A DNA stretch of 64,000 nt, from positions 32,001 through 96,000 of the forward strand of contig JBHLMN010000023.1 in assembly GCA_048938105.1 (NCBI GenBank). The letters are read 5' to 3'. A model generated the notes under the pieces. It was not told the DNA's origin. It made no database searches and saw only the letters and a list, made by a program, of their open reading frames with translations. Position 1 is the stretch's first letter. Every line of letters begins with the position of its first letter. Of the stretch, positions 9,041 to 19,045 are shown one piece after another. The translations under genes were made by a program, and so were the position numbers. Source of the DNA: Promethearchaeota archaeon (GTDB lineage: Archaea > Asgardarchaeota > Heimdallarchaeia > Hodarchaeales > Hodarchaeaceae).

Positions 9041-10556
9041 TAGAATCTTTTTGAATAAAGTCAAAACTTTCCTTCAAGGCGATAGGTATCTGACGAAGGA
9101 GATTAGAAAGATTAAAATCTCTTTCCGCAAGTTCTCCTGCTCTTCCATTAATATATGCACCAATGCAAGCAGCATGAAAAGGCATTTCTACTTGCGTAAT
9201 AAATCCAGCAATCAAACCTGCTAATATATCTCCCGTTCCTCCTCGTGTCATCCGAGGTGTACCACTTTTATTTATCTTCATATAGCCTGAACTATCAGTA
9301 ACAATATCCCAGTGCCCTTTTATTACCCACACGTTGGAATATTGAGCTGAGACATCTTGTACCAACTGATATCGTTTAATGAACTCATGGGGACTACCAG
9401 GAAGTGATATATCTGTTAATACAGAAAATTCTCCAGCATGAGGCGTCAAGATAGTTTTTGAAGTAACATCCACTATGTCTAGAAGTTTGAGGGCATCTGC
9501 ATCAATAACAATATGTTTATCAAATTTTTTTACTAAATTTAAAACTTTTGAAACAGCTTTTTGTGTATCAGAGTGCTGTCCTAGTCCTGGCCCAAGAACA
9601 ATGACGTCACTTTGCTTAATTAAGTCTATTGAAAGTACTTCTTCAGTTAAATGAGTAGAAGCATAATCATACACAATAAACTCAGGTGAATAAGATCGAA
9701 TAGCTGAACTGACTTTCTGAGGTGTTAAAATTGATACTAAATCGACCCCTGATTGAACAGCACCCATAGCAGCAAGCGCAGGAGCACCAGAATACGTCTC
9801 ATTTCCTCCAATGATTAATATTCTTCCATTATCTCCTTTTTTTGACCACGAAGAACGGGATCTAAGGGCTAACAAGTCACCTGGGCCAATAATTCTTTCA
9901 GCTTCGGGAGGTACCCCGATAGGGATGATTCTTATCTTCCCAGCATTTTTTGATGAGAGTCCTTGCTTTTGTTTGTGAAATATTCCAGTCCATTGTGGTG
10001 ATAAAAACACATTAGCCTTTTCCCCTGTGTTAGGGTCAATCCCTGTAGGTGTATCCGCGCTTATAATAATAGCTCCCTTTTCCTGCCATTTAGTAATTGA
10101 CTGTACTAGTGTTGCAAGTGGCTCCCGCAAACTACCTCTTATCCCAGTCCCAAGTATTGAATCCACGATGAGTGTTGTTGATTTAATTTCAATTTTCTCA
10201 ATGTCTTCTACTTGTTTTAACTCAAGAAGTTTGATAGATTCCGACATATTCTGTAGAATTTTCCAATTTTGAAATGTTGATCGCTTTGTAATATCTTTTT
10301 GGATCCCTACTAAATATAATCGAATTGGTACATTTCGGGAAAGATGTCGTGCTGCAACCATTCCATCGCCGCCATTTCCGCCTTTTCCAGCGAATATTAC
10401 AATGTCAGATCTATTAGTTGTGTTATATACCTCCCAAATTAATTCCCCTAGCCCTCTTCCTGCGTTCTCCATCAAAATAATCCGATTTACTCCAAGATAT
10501 TCGGAGTTTACATCTGCAATACTCATTTCGAGCGTGGAAATCATCTCTGAATTCAC
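9018..10556 (-). CDS. nnr: Bifunctional NAD(P)H-hydrate epimerase/dehydratase (YjeF)
   Basis: LMENAG, GKGGNGGDG, KGDNGRILIIGG..YSGAP, GPGLG, DADAL, LTPHAGEF, GGTGDILAG. Confidence 0.93.
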   Translation of the reverse strand: MNSEMISTLEMSIADVNSEYLGVNRIILMENAGRGLGELIWEVYNTTNRSDIVIFAGKGGNGGDGMVAARHLSRNVPIRLYLVGIQKDITKRSTFQNWKILQNMSESIKLLELKQVEDIEKIEIKSTTLIVDSILGTGIRGSLREPLATLVQSITKWQEKGAIIISADTPTGIDPNTGEKANVFLSPQWTGIFHKQKQGLSSKNAGKIRIIPIGVPPEAERIIGPGDLLALRSRSSWSKKGDNGRILIIGGNETYSGAPALAAMGAVQSGVDLVSILTPQKVSSAIRSYSPEFIVYDYASTHLTEEVLSIDLIKQSDVIVLGPGLGQHSDTQKAVSKVLNLVKKFDKHIVIDADALKLLDIVDVTSKTILTPHAGEFSVLTDISLPGSPHEFIKRYQLVQDVSAQYSNVWVIKGHWDIVTDSSGYMKINKSGTPRMTRGGTGDILAGLIAGFITQVEMPFHAACIGAYINGRAGELAERDFNLSNLLRQIPIALKESFDFIQKDSITKTASH

Positions 10557-10621
10557 TTTAAATCACCAGAGAGAATAAAATGAAGGATAATAAAGATCGA
10601 TTAGACTGTTACTAATTCTTT

Positions 10622-12157
10622 ATGAAAAATTTTGCTACCAATAAATTTTCAAAGTCCTCAAAACAGTACAAAGCATCAAAGGATAGATGTGATTTGGACT
10701 ATCTATTTCTATTCATCCTAATCGTTAACATCATTTCAGGAATTCTTCTTCTTCCTTATCCAATCAATCTCTTTCTACTTGCGATTTCTTCACGTAAATG
10801 GAAAGATCCTCGAGTTCAAGAGTATTATAAGGAATTTGAGTATCCTAGTGTCACAATTCAACTACCTATATTCAATGAGTCTAGGGTCATTCAACATACT
10901 CTTTCTACTATTACCAAGCTAGTATATCCTCGGGAGAAATTACACATCCAGATTCTTGATGATTCTACTGACCAAACATCAGTAATTATAGAAAAAGAGG
11001 TTTTATCTCTTGAAAAGGAAGGAATTATCTGCGAAATAATTCGTAGGAATAATAGAGAAGGGTATAAAGCTGGAGCACTAGCAAATGGACTAAAACATGG
11101 AGTATCCGAGTTTGTGGCAATATTTGATGCTGATTTTATCGTTAATCCTCATTTTTTGGAACGATGTGTTCACTATTTCAAAAATAATGATCAAATTGGC
11201 GCAGTTCAAACCAGATGGGCTCATTCCAATCTTCATTATTCATTTTTTACTCGTTCTATGTCAATTGGGCTCGATGGACATTTTCTTGTGGAAAAGACTG
11301 GAAGAAAGAAGAGAAATGCCTTCATTACTTTTAATGGTACAGGTGGAATATGGCGACGCTCAGCAATAGAAGAAAGTGGAGGGTGGTCTTCAACAACACT
11401 TGCAGAAGATTTGGACTTAGCTTATCGTACTCAGGCGAATGGGTATGAAATTGTTTATTTGAGGGATGTGACAAACTTACAAGAAATTCCTCCTACTCTA
11501 AGATGTTGGATTATCCAACAAAGTAGATGGTCAAAAGGATTTTCTCAAAACTTTAGGAAAAATTTTGTTCTATTTTGGAGGAATTCATACGGAAAATCAC
11601 GTATTCAAGGTACAATTCATTTCACTCAATATTTCGTACCAGTATTGATCTTAATTAATACTAGTACAGGTTCACTATTACTGTATTTTTCGCAGTTCGA
11701 AGGTGGTATGTTTTTTATTTTTGGTATATTGTTTTCTATTGCATCCATATTAGGAATACTTGCATATATATTTGCTATTTTGCGAGCAAAAAGACCTATA
11801 GCAAATATTATATTGATTCCACTATTCTTGTTTTGGGGAGCTGGGTTAGTAGTTAGGATGGGATTAGGTGCCCTTAATGGACTATGGAGAAAGGGAGGAG
11901 AATTTATTAAAACACCCAAGTTCGGTTTATCAGATAATTACAAAAGTAAGAGCGTTAATATTCGTGAAAAAATTCCCTTAGATAAAATATTTATTGCTGA
12001 GATAATATACATAGGGATTTTAAGCCTGGGAATAATAAAAGCCCTTGAATTAGGAGTCTCATACCTATCACAAGCGGTATTTTATATTTTTCTTCTTCTC
12101 AGTATGATTAATTTAGTCATATCTGAACTCTTACACGCAATAAGCACTCAAAAATAG
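10622..12157 (+). CDS. Processive GT2 glycosyltransferase (cellulose-synthase-like) with TM helices
   Basis: D,D,D,QxxRW set: LDDSTD, YKAGAL, FDADF, AEDLD, QQSRW. The start may lie further downstream. Confidence 0.88.
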   Translation: MKNFATNKFSKSSKQYKASKDRCDLDYLFLFILIVNIISGILLLPYPINLFLLAISSRKWKDPRVQEYYKEFEYPSVTIQLPIFNESRVIQHTLSTITKLVYPREKLHIQILDDSTDQTSVIIEKEVLSLEKEGIICEIIRRNNREGYKAGALANGLKHGVSEFVAIFDADFIVNPHFLERCVHYFKNNDQIGAVQTRWAHSNLHYSFFTRSMSIGLDGHFLVEKTGRKKRNAFITFNGTGGIWRRSAIEESGGWSSTTLAEDLDLAYRTQANGYEIVYLRDVTNLQEIPPTLRCWIIQQSRWSKGFSQNFRKNFVLFWRNSYGKSRIQGTIHFTQYFVPVLILINTSTGSLLLYFSQFEGGMFFIFGILFSIASILGILAYIFAILRAKRPIANIILIPLFLFWGAGLVVRMGLGALNGLWRKGGEFIKTPKFGLSDNYKSKSVNIREKIPLDKIFIAEIIYIGILSLGIIKALELGVSYLSQAVFYIFLLLSMINLVISELLHAISTQK

Positions 12158-12159
12158 TA

Positions 12160-12567
12160 TTAACGTAGTTTTACACATCCATGTTTCTCTGGTAATCTGT
12201 GTTCTGTGCAAAAATATCCGTCACAATAACTACAAGTGAATCCCATTAGTTCCCTTTTTCCACAATATTCACAAGATCCTCTCGTTATAGTTTTTTTTAC
12301 TTTTTTAGGAGGAGGGATGATAGTAGGCCTGAAAGATGGAGAAGTGTAATATTGATTATAGGGGTAATGTCTGATTGGTCCCTTCATAGGTTGAAGAATA
12401 AAGATATAGATGATTATTAAAGAAAATGCAACTGTTGTTCCACCTAAGAAGAGTGTATATGACATCAAATTCGATGAAAAAAATAGTGTCTCTAAAACAA
12501 TTAGAATAACAGAAATTAATCCTAATATCAGAGCTATTTGCTCTTGTTGTGTAAGCTTATACAACAA
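12160..12567 (-). CDS. Membrane protein with C-terminal AN1-type zinc finger
   Basis: Two TM helices, a Pro/Tyr linker, then CEYCG..FTCSYCDGYFCTEHRLPEKHGC. Confidence 0.85.
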   Translation of the reverse strand: MLYKLTQQEQIALILGLISVILIVLETLFFSSNLMSYTLFLGGTTVAFSLIIIYIFILQPMKGPIRHYPYNQYYTSPSFRPTIIPPPKKVKKTITRGSCEYCGKRELMGFTCSYCDGYFCTEHRLPEKHGCVKLR

Positions 12568-13159
12568 TTATCCCTCCTAGGATTCCTAATGGGTGAAATA
12601 GCCATAATACTAAAACTAAGGAAAAAATTAAGGCAAAAATTGCCTGACTCCATCTGAGAACCTTTGCACCATCCAGTACAGAGAATGGTAACATATTAAA
12701 CAAAGCTAGATCAAGAGAGGCCTTACTTGCATATAAAAGAACGTCTATAGCCCAATCTAGCGGCATAAAAGATGAAAAAAGTAAAAAAAGACCTCCAATG
12801 AGAATGTTTGTCAGGGGTCCTGCTATTGAAATACGACCTGATGTATCTAACCGATATTCACCAGAAGAAAAAACAACTCCTGGGGCAATGATCTTTATTG
12901 GTATTATCGGTATTATCGAAAGTAAAGAAATTAGAGCCATATTTGGGTCAAGCCGAAAGAACGAGGTTAATCCATTACCTTGAGCTACGAATTTGTGTGC
13001 TAATTCATGAAAAAACCAAAGAGGGATGATGAGTATGCCTAGAATTAATAGTTCTAAAGGTGTTTTGAAATAATATATTGCAATAGATAATTCGACTAGA
13101 ACAAATATCGTTGTTCCAATTAATAAATCTCGTTTTTCGGTTGATGTGAATGAATACAT
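12557..13159 (-). CDS. Site-2 protease (peptidase M50)
   Basis: HExxH (FHELAH), SIAGP, NMLPFSVLDG. Hydrophobic throughout. Confidence 0.9.
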   Translation of the reverse strand: MYSFTSTEKRDLLIGTTIFVLVELSIAIYYFKTPLELLILGILIIPLWFFHELAHKFVAQGNGLTSFFRLDPNMALISLLSIIPIIPIKIIAPGVVFSSGEYRLDTSGRISIAGPLTNILIGGLFLLFSSFMPLDWAIDVLLYASKASLDLALFNMLPFSVLDGAKVLRWSQAIFALIFSLVLVLWLFHPLGILGGIIVV

Positions 13160-13180
13160 TCTAATTAGCTACCTCTCTCC

Positions 13181-13375
13181 TCACTTCTCACTAATTTGGT
13201 TGACTAATTTTTCCCAAGTACCGATTTCCTGTTTCAGGAGTTCTTCAATAGCGATTCTTAGAAAATGAGACCGAGACTCATACTGTTCGAGTCGCACAAA
13301 ATTATCGATTAATATCAATATTTGGTCTGGAATTTTGATACTTATGGGTTTCTGACGTGTCATTGATGTTTTCAC
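13181..13375 (-). CDS. Ribbon-helix-helix (CopG family) regulator
   Basis: KPISIKIPDQIL..IDNFV....YESRSHFLRIAIEELL. Confidence 0.8.
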   Translation of the reverse strand: MKTSMTRQKPISIKIPDQILILIDNFVRLEQYESRSHFLRIAIEELLKQEIGTWEKLVNQISEK

Positions 13376-13653
13376 CCATTTTTTTTAGTTTAAAACCAGT
13401 TTCATTATTTCTTGAACTAATTCTATATTTTTTTAAATGGTTTCTCTGAGCTATCAACTTCTTTTATTTCCTTAGAAATGGCGAATTTGCATGTCTAGTA
13501 TTTTCTAAAGGAGATAAAAGGAAGTGATACAAAAAAGTAACCGTTCTTACTTCCTTTCTTAATAAAAACACGAAAGAATCAATCAGTTATTAAAAAAGAA
13601 ACAGTTTTATGTTTTGATCAGCTTGCTTAATTCTTAGAATCAGGTGTTCTAAA

Positions 13654-14928
13654 TTGAAATGTGTTTTATTAGTGGCAACTGGTATTCTCATTGGGGAAAA
13701 AATCGATAGCACTTCTAAAATTATTGATTCTATATGGTTTGATGAGGAAACTGCCATAACTAATGGAGAATTAAAGGATTTCATCGAACAAAAGGGAGAT
13801 GAAATCGTTGAACTTCTTGATCAAACCCAAGAAGAAATTATTTCCGATAACTCGCAGATTGTAGACTTTTTACGGCAGAGAGGTTTTGAGAATGCCAGAT
13901 TCGCTATTTCAGGGGAATTAATCTCTTTTCGTGCTTTAATATCTGATTTTATTAGTAATAGTAGGAAGATGGAGACTTCTATAGCGATATCTCAACTTAT
14001 TCGAGAAAGAGCAATGCAACGAACACGCATGCTTTTGAGGGAGAAAGTAGAAGCGCGAGATGTTTATATTGCGCAAGCGATCAAGAGTATTGATGATGTG
14101 AATTCCATTCTAAACTTGATTTATGCCCGATTATCCGAATGGTATGGAATCCATTTTCCTGAATTACAGGAGTTAGTTCGAGACAATCCTCAATATATTA
14201 AACTAATTTCTAGAACAGGTGGTGCTATTCGCTCCAATCTAGATGATGATTTGTTATCTCACCTGTCTGATAAACGACGTGAACTCATTTTGCAGGCAGC
14301 AAACCAATCCCTTGGTACTGATATCTCACCATATGATATGAATCCTATCTCCCAGTTGGCACGTTTTGGGGTTGAGATTCTTAAAATAAAAGATAATTTA
14401 GAGACATATATAGAGGAAAGTATGAAAGAAGTTGCCCCAAATATTCAATGTCTTGTAGGAAGCCTTCTTGGAGCACGATTAATAGCTCTTGCTGGGAGCC
14501 TCGAAGACTTAGCTAAACGTTCCTCTGGGACAATTCAGGTTTTAGGGGCGGAAAAAGCATTATTTCGACACCTTCGATCAGGAGAGGATCCACCAAAACA
14601 TGGAGTTATTTTTCAGTCTTCTTACATTCATTCATCTAAAAAACATCAACGAGGGAAGATTGCACGAGCACTAGCTGGTAAATTAACCATTGCTGCTAGA
14701 GTCGATTATTTTAGTGGAGAATTTATTGGAGCTACTCTCTTAGCAGATTTGGAAAAAAAAGTTGAAGATATTAAATCTTCATTCCCAGAGCTATCAGAAC
14801 AGCAGTTAGAACAAAAACGTCTTCAAAAAGAGAGAAAGCGTAAAAAAACATTTAAGAAAGGAAAAAAAGATTTTAAAGGCCGAAGGAAGCCCAAAAGTCA
14901 AAGAAAGATAGAAAAGAGAAAAGAATAA
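13654..14928 (+). CDS. nop5: C/D-box RNP protein Nop5 (Nop56/58)
   Basis: EWYGIHFPEL, TIQVLGAEKALFRHL, PPKHGVIF, RGKIAR, Lys-rich tail. Confidence 0.96.
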   Translation: MKCVLLVATGILIGEKIDSTSKIIDSIWFDEETAITNGELKDFIEQKGDEIVELLDQTQEEIISDNSQIVDFLRQRGFENARFAISGELISFRALISDFISNSRKMETSIAISQLIRERAMQRTRMLLREKVEARDVYIAQAIKSIDDVNSILNLIYARLSEWYGIHFPELQELVRDNPQYIKLISRTGGAIRSNLDDDLLSHLSDKRRELILQAANQSLGTDISPYDMNPISQLARFGVEILKIKDNLETYIEESMKEVAPNIQCLVGSLLGARLIALAGSLEDLAKRSSGTIQVLGAEKALFRHLRSGEDPPKHGVIFQSSYIHSSKKHQRGKIARALAGKLTIAARVDYFSGEFIGATLLADLEKKVEDIKSSFPELSEQQLEQKRLQKERKRKKTFKKGKKDFKGRRKPKSQRKIEKRKE

Positions 14929-14950
14929 GCAATTAGTGAGAGAGAAAGGA

Positions 14951-15631
14951 ATGGAACTCGCAAAAACCAGCATAAAAGGGATGTTTCAAGTAAAAATTAA
15001 TGGAAAATCCCGATTAGTAACACGTAACAAAATACCAGGTAATTCTGTTTATGGTGAACAATTACTCTCTATCAATGATAAAGAGTATCGTGTTTGGGAT
15101 CCCTATCGGTCAAAATTTGCAGCTGCCTTTTTATCAGGGATGAAGAAACTCCCACAGATCTACGAAAAAAGGATCTTATATCTAGGAGTATCAACTGGAA
15201 CAACTGCTTCTCATTTTTCCGACATCTTGGATAATGGGATATTATTTGGAATTGAATTTTCACCCAAGGTAATGAGAAGATTCTTTCGTTTATCGGAACA
15301 AAGACCCAATCTAATTCCGATCCTTGCTGATGCTAGACGGCCAGAAGAATACTCTCCATTTGTTTATGAAGTAGACTTGATCTATCAGGATATAGCGCAG
15401 CCAGATCAAGCAACAATATTTGGTCGTAATGCTCTAGAATTTTTAAAATCTGGAGGACTAGGTTTCTTAGCGATCAAGTCTCAAAGTATTGATGTCGTTC
15501 TCAAGCCTGATGAAATATTTTCCATGCAGATAACTAAATTAGAACAAGAATTTAAATTTGAAATTCAAGAATATCAATCTATCGATGATTTTGAGAAAAA
15601 ACATGCTGTAATAATTATTAGAAAGCCGTAA
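14951..15631 (+). CDS. flpA: Fibrillarin-like rRNA 2'-O-methyltransferase
   Basis: EYRVWDPYRSK, LYLGVSTGTTASH, PILADARRP, YQDIAQPDQ. Directly follows nop5. Confidence 0.96.
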   Translation: MELAKTSIKGMFQVKINGKSRLVTRNKIPGNSVYGEQLLSINDKEYRVWDPYRSKFAAAFLSGMKKLPQIYEKRILYLGVSTGTTASHFSDILDNGILFGIEFSPKVMRRFFRLSEQRPNLIPILADARRPEEYSPFVYEVDLIYQDIAQPDQATIFGRNALEFLKSGGLGFLAIKSQSIDVVLKPDEIFSMQITKLEQEFKFEIQEYQSIDDFEKKHAVIIIRKP

Positions 15632-15741
15632 GTAGAGTCTTAAGTAACAGTTTCTTAACTTTGATCGAAATTAAACCTCTACACAGAACTAATGGTGAAA
15701 TTTGGATTATAAAGGAGAAAAGGAGCCCATTTAGGTATAAT

Positions 15742-16089
15742 TCACCCATAATCCCTCCAAGTGTGTCCACATCGCTTACAACGATAAAATGTTGTTTCAG
15801 CCTCATCAGCGCTTCGTGTTTGTAATTGCCAATAAACAGCTTCGTTGTTACTGCATTTTTCACAATTAACATTCGCTGTTGGCATTGTTTCAATGCCAAG
15901 GGGTTTTTCAATAATAACAGTTTTCTCTTGTTCAGAATGTGGTATCTTTTGTGTTATTTCAAAAGCTTTTGAATTTGAATCAGAACTGATAGTTTTCCCA
16001 CATGCTGGACATCTCATCTGAATATTTCCATCAGATTGTCGGTCAGGAACTAGAAGTGCACCACATTCACAAAACTGCATGGTCATCAT
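15742..16089 (-). CDS. tfs: Transcription factor S (TFS)
   Basis: Two Zn ribbons. Catalytic hairpin LQTRSADE...FYRCKRCGHTWR is intact. Confidence 0.93.
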   Translation of the reverse strand: MMTMQFCECGALLVPDRQSDGNIQMRCPACGKTISSDSNSKAFEITQKIPHSEQEKTVIIEKPLGIETMPTANVNCEKCSNNEAVYWQLQTRSADEAETTFYRCKRCGHTWRDYG

Positions 16090-16384
16090 CAGAATTACGC
16101 CGAGAGAACATATTAAGCTAAATTAAGGTGCTTTTTTAAAGTAGTTGGATCATTAACTAAGTCTTTTAGACAAAATCATCCGTTGAAGTTCTAAGAGTTA
16201 TCGGATTACTTAAAAAATGCCGGGATATAGTTCATAATGAAGGTATTTATCAATTTTAATCGAAAGATGACCTTATCTTCAAAAAAAAAGCCAAATCAAG
16301 TCAGCAATGAGTGAATATCATTAGGATTAACATTGACATATCTTACACATTTTCCATGAAATAATACTAGACAGAGGATATGGT

Positions 16385-16693
16385 ATGAGAAGGAAGTCTT
16401 CAATACCTTATGAAGAAACCACTGTACTGTCTCTCTTAAGTCTAACCGCTGATATAAAGTTTCAGTTAATTGCTAAGGTTAAGAGTGTTGATCAAAAAAA
16501 GATTATAGTTACTGATGATCATGAAGACTTGGAAATACCTCTTGAGGAAGAAGAAATGATAGATTTCAAAGCTGGGGATACAATCACCATATTTGGAGAG
16601 AAATTAGATTCTAAGATCAAGAGAGAACACATCATTAAATTGAATTTAAATTGGGATCTCTATCAGCAAACTAGAGAAATAGAGTTAAAATAA
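16385..16693 (+). CDS. Small OB-fold protein, possibly RPA14/RPA3-like
   Basis: 102 aa with an OB-like strand pattern (LIAKVKSV..IIVTD..FKAGDTITIFG) and C-terminal helix LNWDLYQQ. Confidence 0.55.
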   Translation: MRRKSSIPYEETTVLSLLSLTADIKFQLIAKVKSVDQKKIIVTDDHEDLEIPLEEEEMIDFKAGDTITIFGEKLDSKIKREHIIKLNLNWDLYQQTREIELK

Positions 16694-17019
16694 TTGATAT
16701 TACTCAATAAATCTTTTTTGAAAAATTCCTAAAGAATTTAACTGCTTCGCTGTTTCAATTCAATAGATATTAGTTATATGATTTCTTGATTAGAATGGAT
16801 TTTATACTATTTCTAGTGGGTTTGTTTCTAAAAGGAGAGTATCTCTGCTTTTTCTGGTAAAAGATTTAAACCTAGTAAGGGGGTTCTAAATTGATTGTGT
16901 TTTGCCTAATCCCTGAACCTTAGGCAAGTAGAAAAGAATATTTTCTCAGTATTGTTACAATTTTCCTAAGTTGGGCTTGCAGCAATCATCCTAATTTATT
17001 GGAGGTATTTGAGTTGTCT

Positions 17020-17463
17020 ATGATTGGAGCTGCTAAAAGAGCATATCAAAAAGAGATTATCTCATTTGTTAACAAGAGAGTAGCAGTCATTTTAAAAAAC
17101 CAAAAGAAGTATGTGGGTGAATTGAAAGGAGTTAACCCTGAAACTCTTACATGTGTTCTAATAAAAGCAAAACGGGAAGATGAGACAACTGAACTTCATC
17201 GTATCTGTTTGAATGGTGATCAAATATCAGAAATATATTTAGAGGAAGCCCCCTTCGACCTCTTGGGATTGAAGGACGAATTAGAACAGATTTTTCGTCG
17301 TCCTGGAGATGTGAAGGTTTATGATGAAGCAGGATTAATAGTTGTACTTGAAAGAGTTCGAGTTTCAGAGAGTGGTGTGGAAGGAACAGGACCCGTAGCT
17401 GATCGTGTTCGTGCTATTTTCGATCGTTATGCTTTGACTCAGAGTGCAGAGGCAGAGGATTAA
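17020..17463 (+). CDS. Sm-like protein SmAP3 (Lsm with C-terminal extension)
   Basis: Sm fold (VNKRVAVIL..KYVGELKGV..LTCVL; LNGDQISEI) plus the FDL...VKVYDEAG..VRVSESGVEGTGP domain. Confidence 0.85.
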   Translation: MIGAAKRAYQKEIISFVNKRVAVILKNQKKYVGELKGVNPETLTCVLIKAKREDETTELHRICLNGDQISEIYLEEAPFDLLGLKDELEQIFRRPGDVKVYDEAGLIVVLERVRVSESGVEGTGPVADRVRAIFDRYALTQSAEAED

Positions 17464-17473
17464 GGGATTATTT

Positions 17474-17836
17474 ATGATTATTCAAGCTGAAAGGATGCGA
17501 ACTGAACATGATTCAGATAATGATCTGTTCTTAATTGATTTCCGTGATGAAGATAAAGGATTGCGAGGAAAAATCGAAATCCCTTCTCGAATTGTTGATA
17601 TGGAAGAGGAAAAATCTTTTGAAGTCGAAATTATTCCTCTCGATTCTATAAAAGATCCTTTAGATTATACAGATGCAAAAATAGTTTTTAATGCTGTAAA
17701 TTTTCGAACGAAACCCCTGGGTACCGAGAGAATATACTCATTCTCTTCTGGTGGTCTAATACTACGATTATTTTCTGGAAAACCTTTACCAGAGTTTAAA
17801 ACTGTCCTTAGAAAATTTGTAATAATCGTAAGATAG
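17474..17836 (+). CDS. rpoG: RNA polymerase subunit Rpo8 (RpoG, Rpb8 homolog)
   Basis: C-terminal YSFSSGGLILRL matches the Rpb8 SxGGLLM signature. About 120 aa, beta-rich. Confidence 0.7.
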   Translation: MIIQAERMRTEHDSDNDLFLIDFRDEDKGLRGKIEIPSRIVDMEEEKSFEVEIIPLDSIKDPLDYTDAKIVFNAVNFRTKPLGTERIYSFSSGGLILRLFSGKPLPEFKTVLRKFVIIVR

Positions 17837-17919
17837 GATATGATGATTATTCAGAGTAACTCTCTATAGCCAAACCGAAATAAAAATAATAAATAATATA
17901 ATAAAAAGCATCATCCAAA

Positions 17920-18004
17920 GCGGGGGTTTCCCAGCCAGGTCAAAGGAGCTAGGTTGAGGTCCTAGTCGCATAGGCGTTCGTGAGTTCAAATCTCACCCCC
18001 CGCA
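17920..18004 (+). tRNA. tRNA-Leu(GAG)
   Basis: Acceptor GCGGGGG/CCCCCGC-A, anticodon arm CTAGG-TTGAGGT-CCTAG, long variable arm, T arm GTGAG-TTCAAAT-CTCAC. No intron; followed by a T-tract. Confidence 0.96.
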
Positions 18005-18222
18005 CTTTTTATTTACGAAATTTTACATTGTTGTGATCAGAGAAATAAGAATTACTCTAAAACTGGTTAAATCTTTTTTAAGATCAGTATTTGTTGAATT
18101 AGGAATTTAAATCATCTCAACAACGTAATTTATCATGCTAGAAACTGCGGAATATTGAATCAATAATCATTTTAATTCTAATATCGTACTTATTCAAATG
18201 ACTTCTGGGCTGGCCGATAAAA

Positions 18223-19002
18223 GTGATATTTGATTCAATACTTTACCGTCTTTACGAGAGAAGATTGTGGGCTCAAATCAAAGATGGTATAAATAAAGGA
18301 GTCCATCCTCGCCATGTTGCATTAATCATGGATGGCAATCGCCGTTATGCTCGTGCGAATAATTTACCAAGTAGTTTAGGACACCATTTGGGCCGTGAAA
18401 AACTTAAAGAAATTTTAGGCTGGTTTTATGATTTACAGATTGATTATGTCACTTTATACGCTTTTTCAACCGAAAATTTTGAACGGGACGAAGAGGAAGT
18501 CAAAGAATTGATGCAACTCTTTGAAAAAAGTTTCCGTGAAATCGTGAATCATCCTGAAATTAAAAAACGTAATATTAAAATTAAAGTTATTGGCCGAACT
18601 CATCTTCTTCCTCCAGAAGTGCAAAATGCAATACGAGACGCGGAAAAGAGTACACATACAGATGAAGAAGGACCAACTTTGATCATCGCTGTTGGTTATG
18701 GAGGTCGAGCAGAGATGATCGATGCTATCAAGTCAATTGCAAGAAAAATCGAAAATGGCGAGATGACTGTTAATGATATTAATGAAGTTGTAGTGGAACG
18801 ACATCTCTACACCAATGGAATTCCCGATCCTGATCTCATCATTCGAACCTCAGGAGAGGAGCGACTCTCTGGTTTTCTAACTTGGCAATCAGCTTATAGT
18901 GAGCTATATTTTGCTGATGTTTACTTCCCTGGATTTCGTAAAATTGATCTATGGCGAGCTGTCCGTACATATCAATCCAGAAAACGACGGTTTGGGAAGT
19001 AA
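18223..19002 (+). CDS. uppS: cis-polyprenyl diphosphate synthase
   Basis: PRHVALIMDGNRR, YAFSTENF, YGGRAE, DLIIRTSGEERLSGFLTWQ, RRFG. Confidence 0.96.
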   Translation: MIFDSILYRLYERRLWAQIKDGINKGVHPRHVALIMDGNRRYARANNLPSSLGHHLGREKLKEILGWFYDLQIDYVTLYAFSTENFERDEEEVKELMQLFEKSFREIVNHPEIKKRNIKIKVIGRTHLLPPEVQNAIRDAEKSTHTDEEGPTLIIAVGYGGRAEMIDAIKSIARKIENGEMTVNDINEVVVERHLYTNGIPDPDLIIRTSGEERLSGFLTWQSAYSELYFADVYFPGFRKIDLWRAVRTYQSRKRRFGK

Positions 19003-19045
19003 TTCCTCTATATAAAAATGGTAACGGATTTAATTTTGCAAATCT

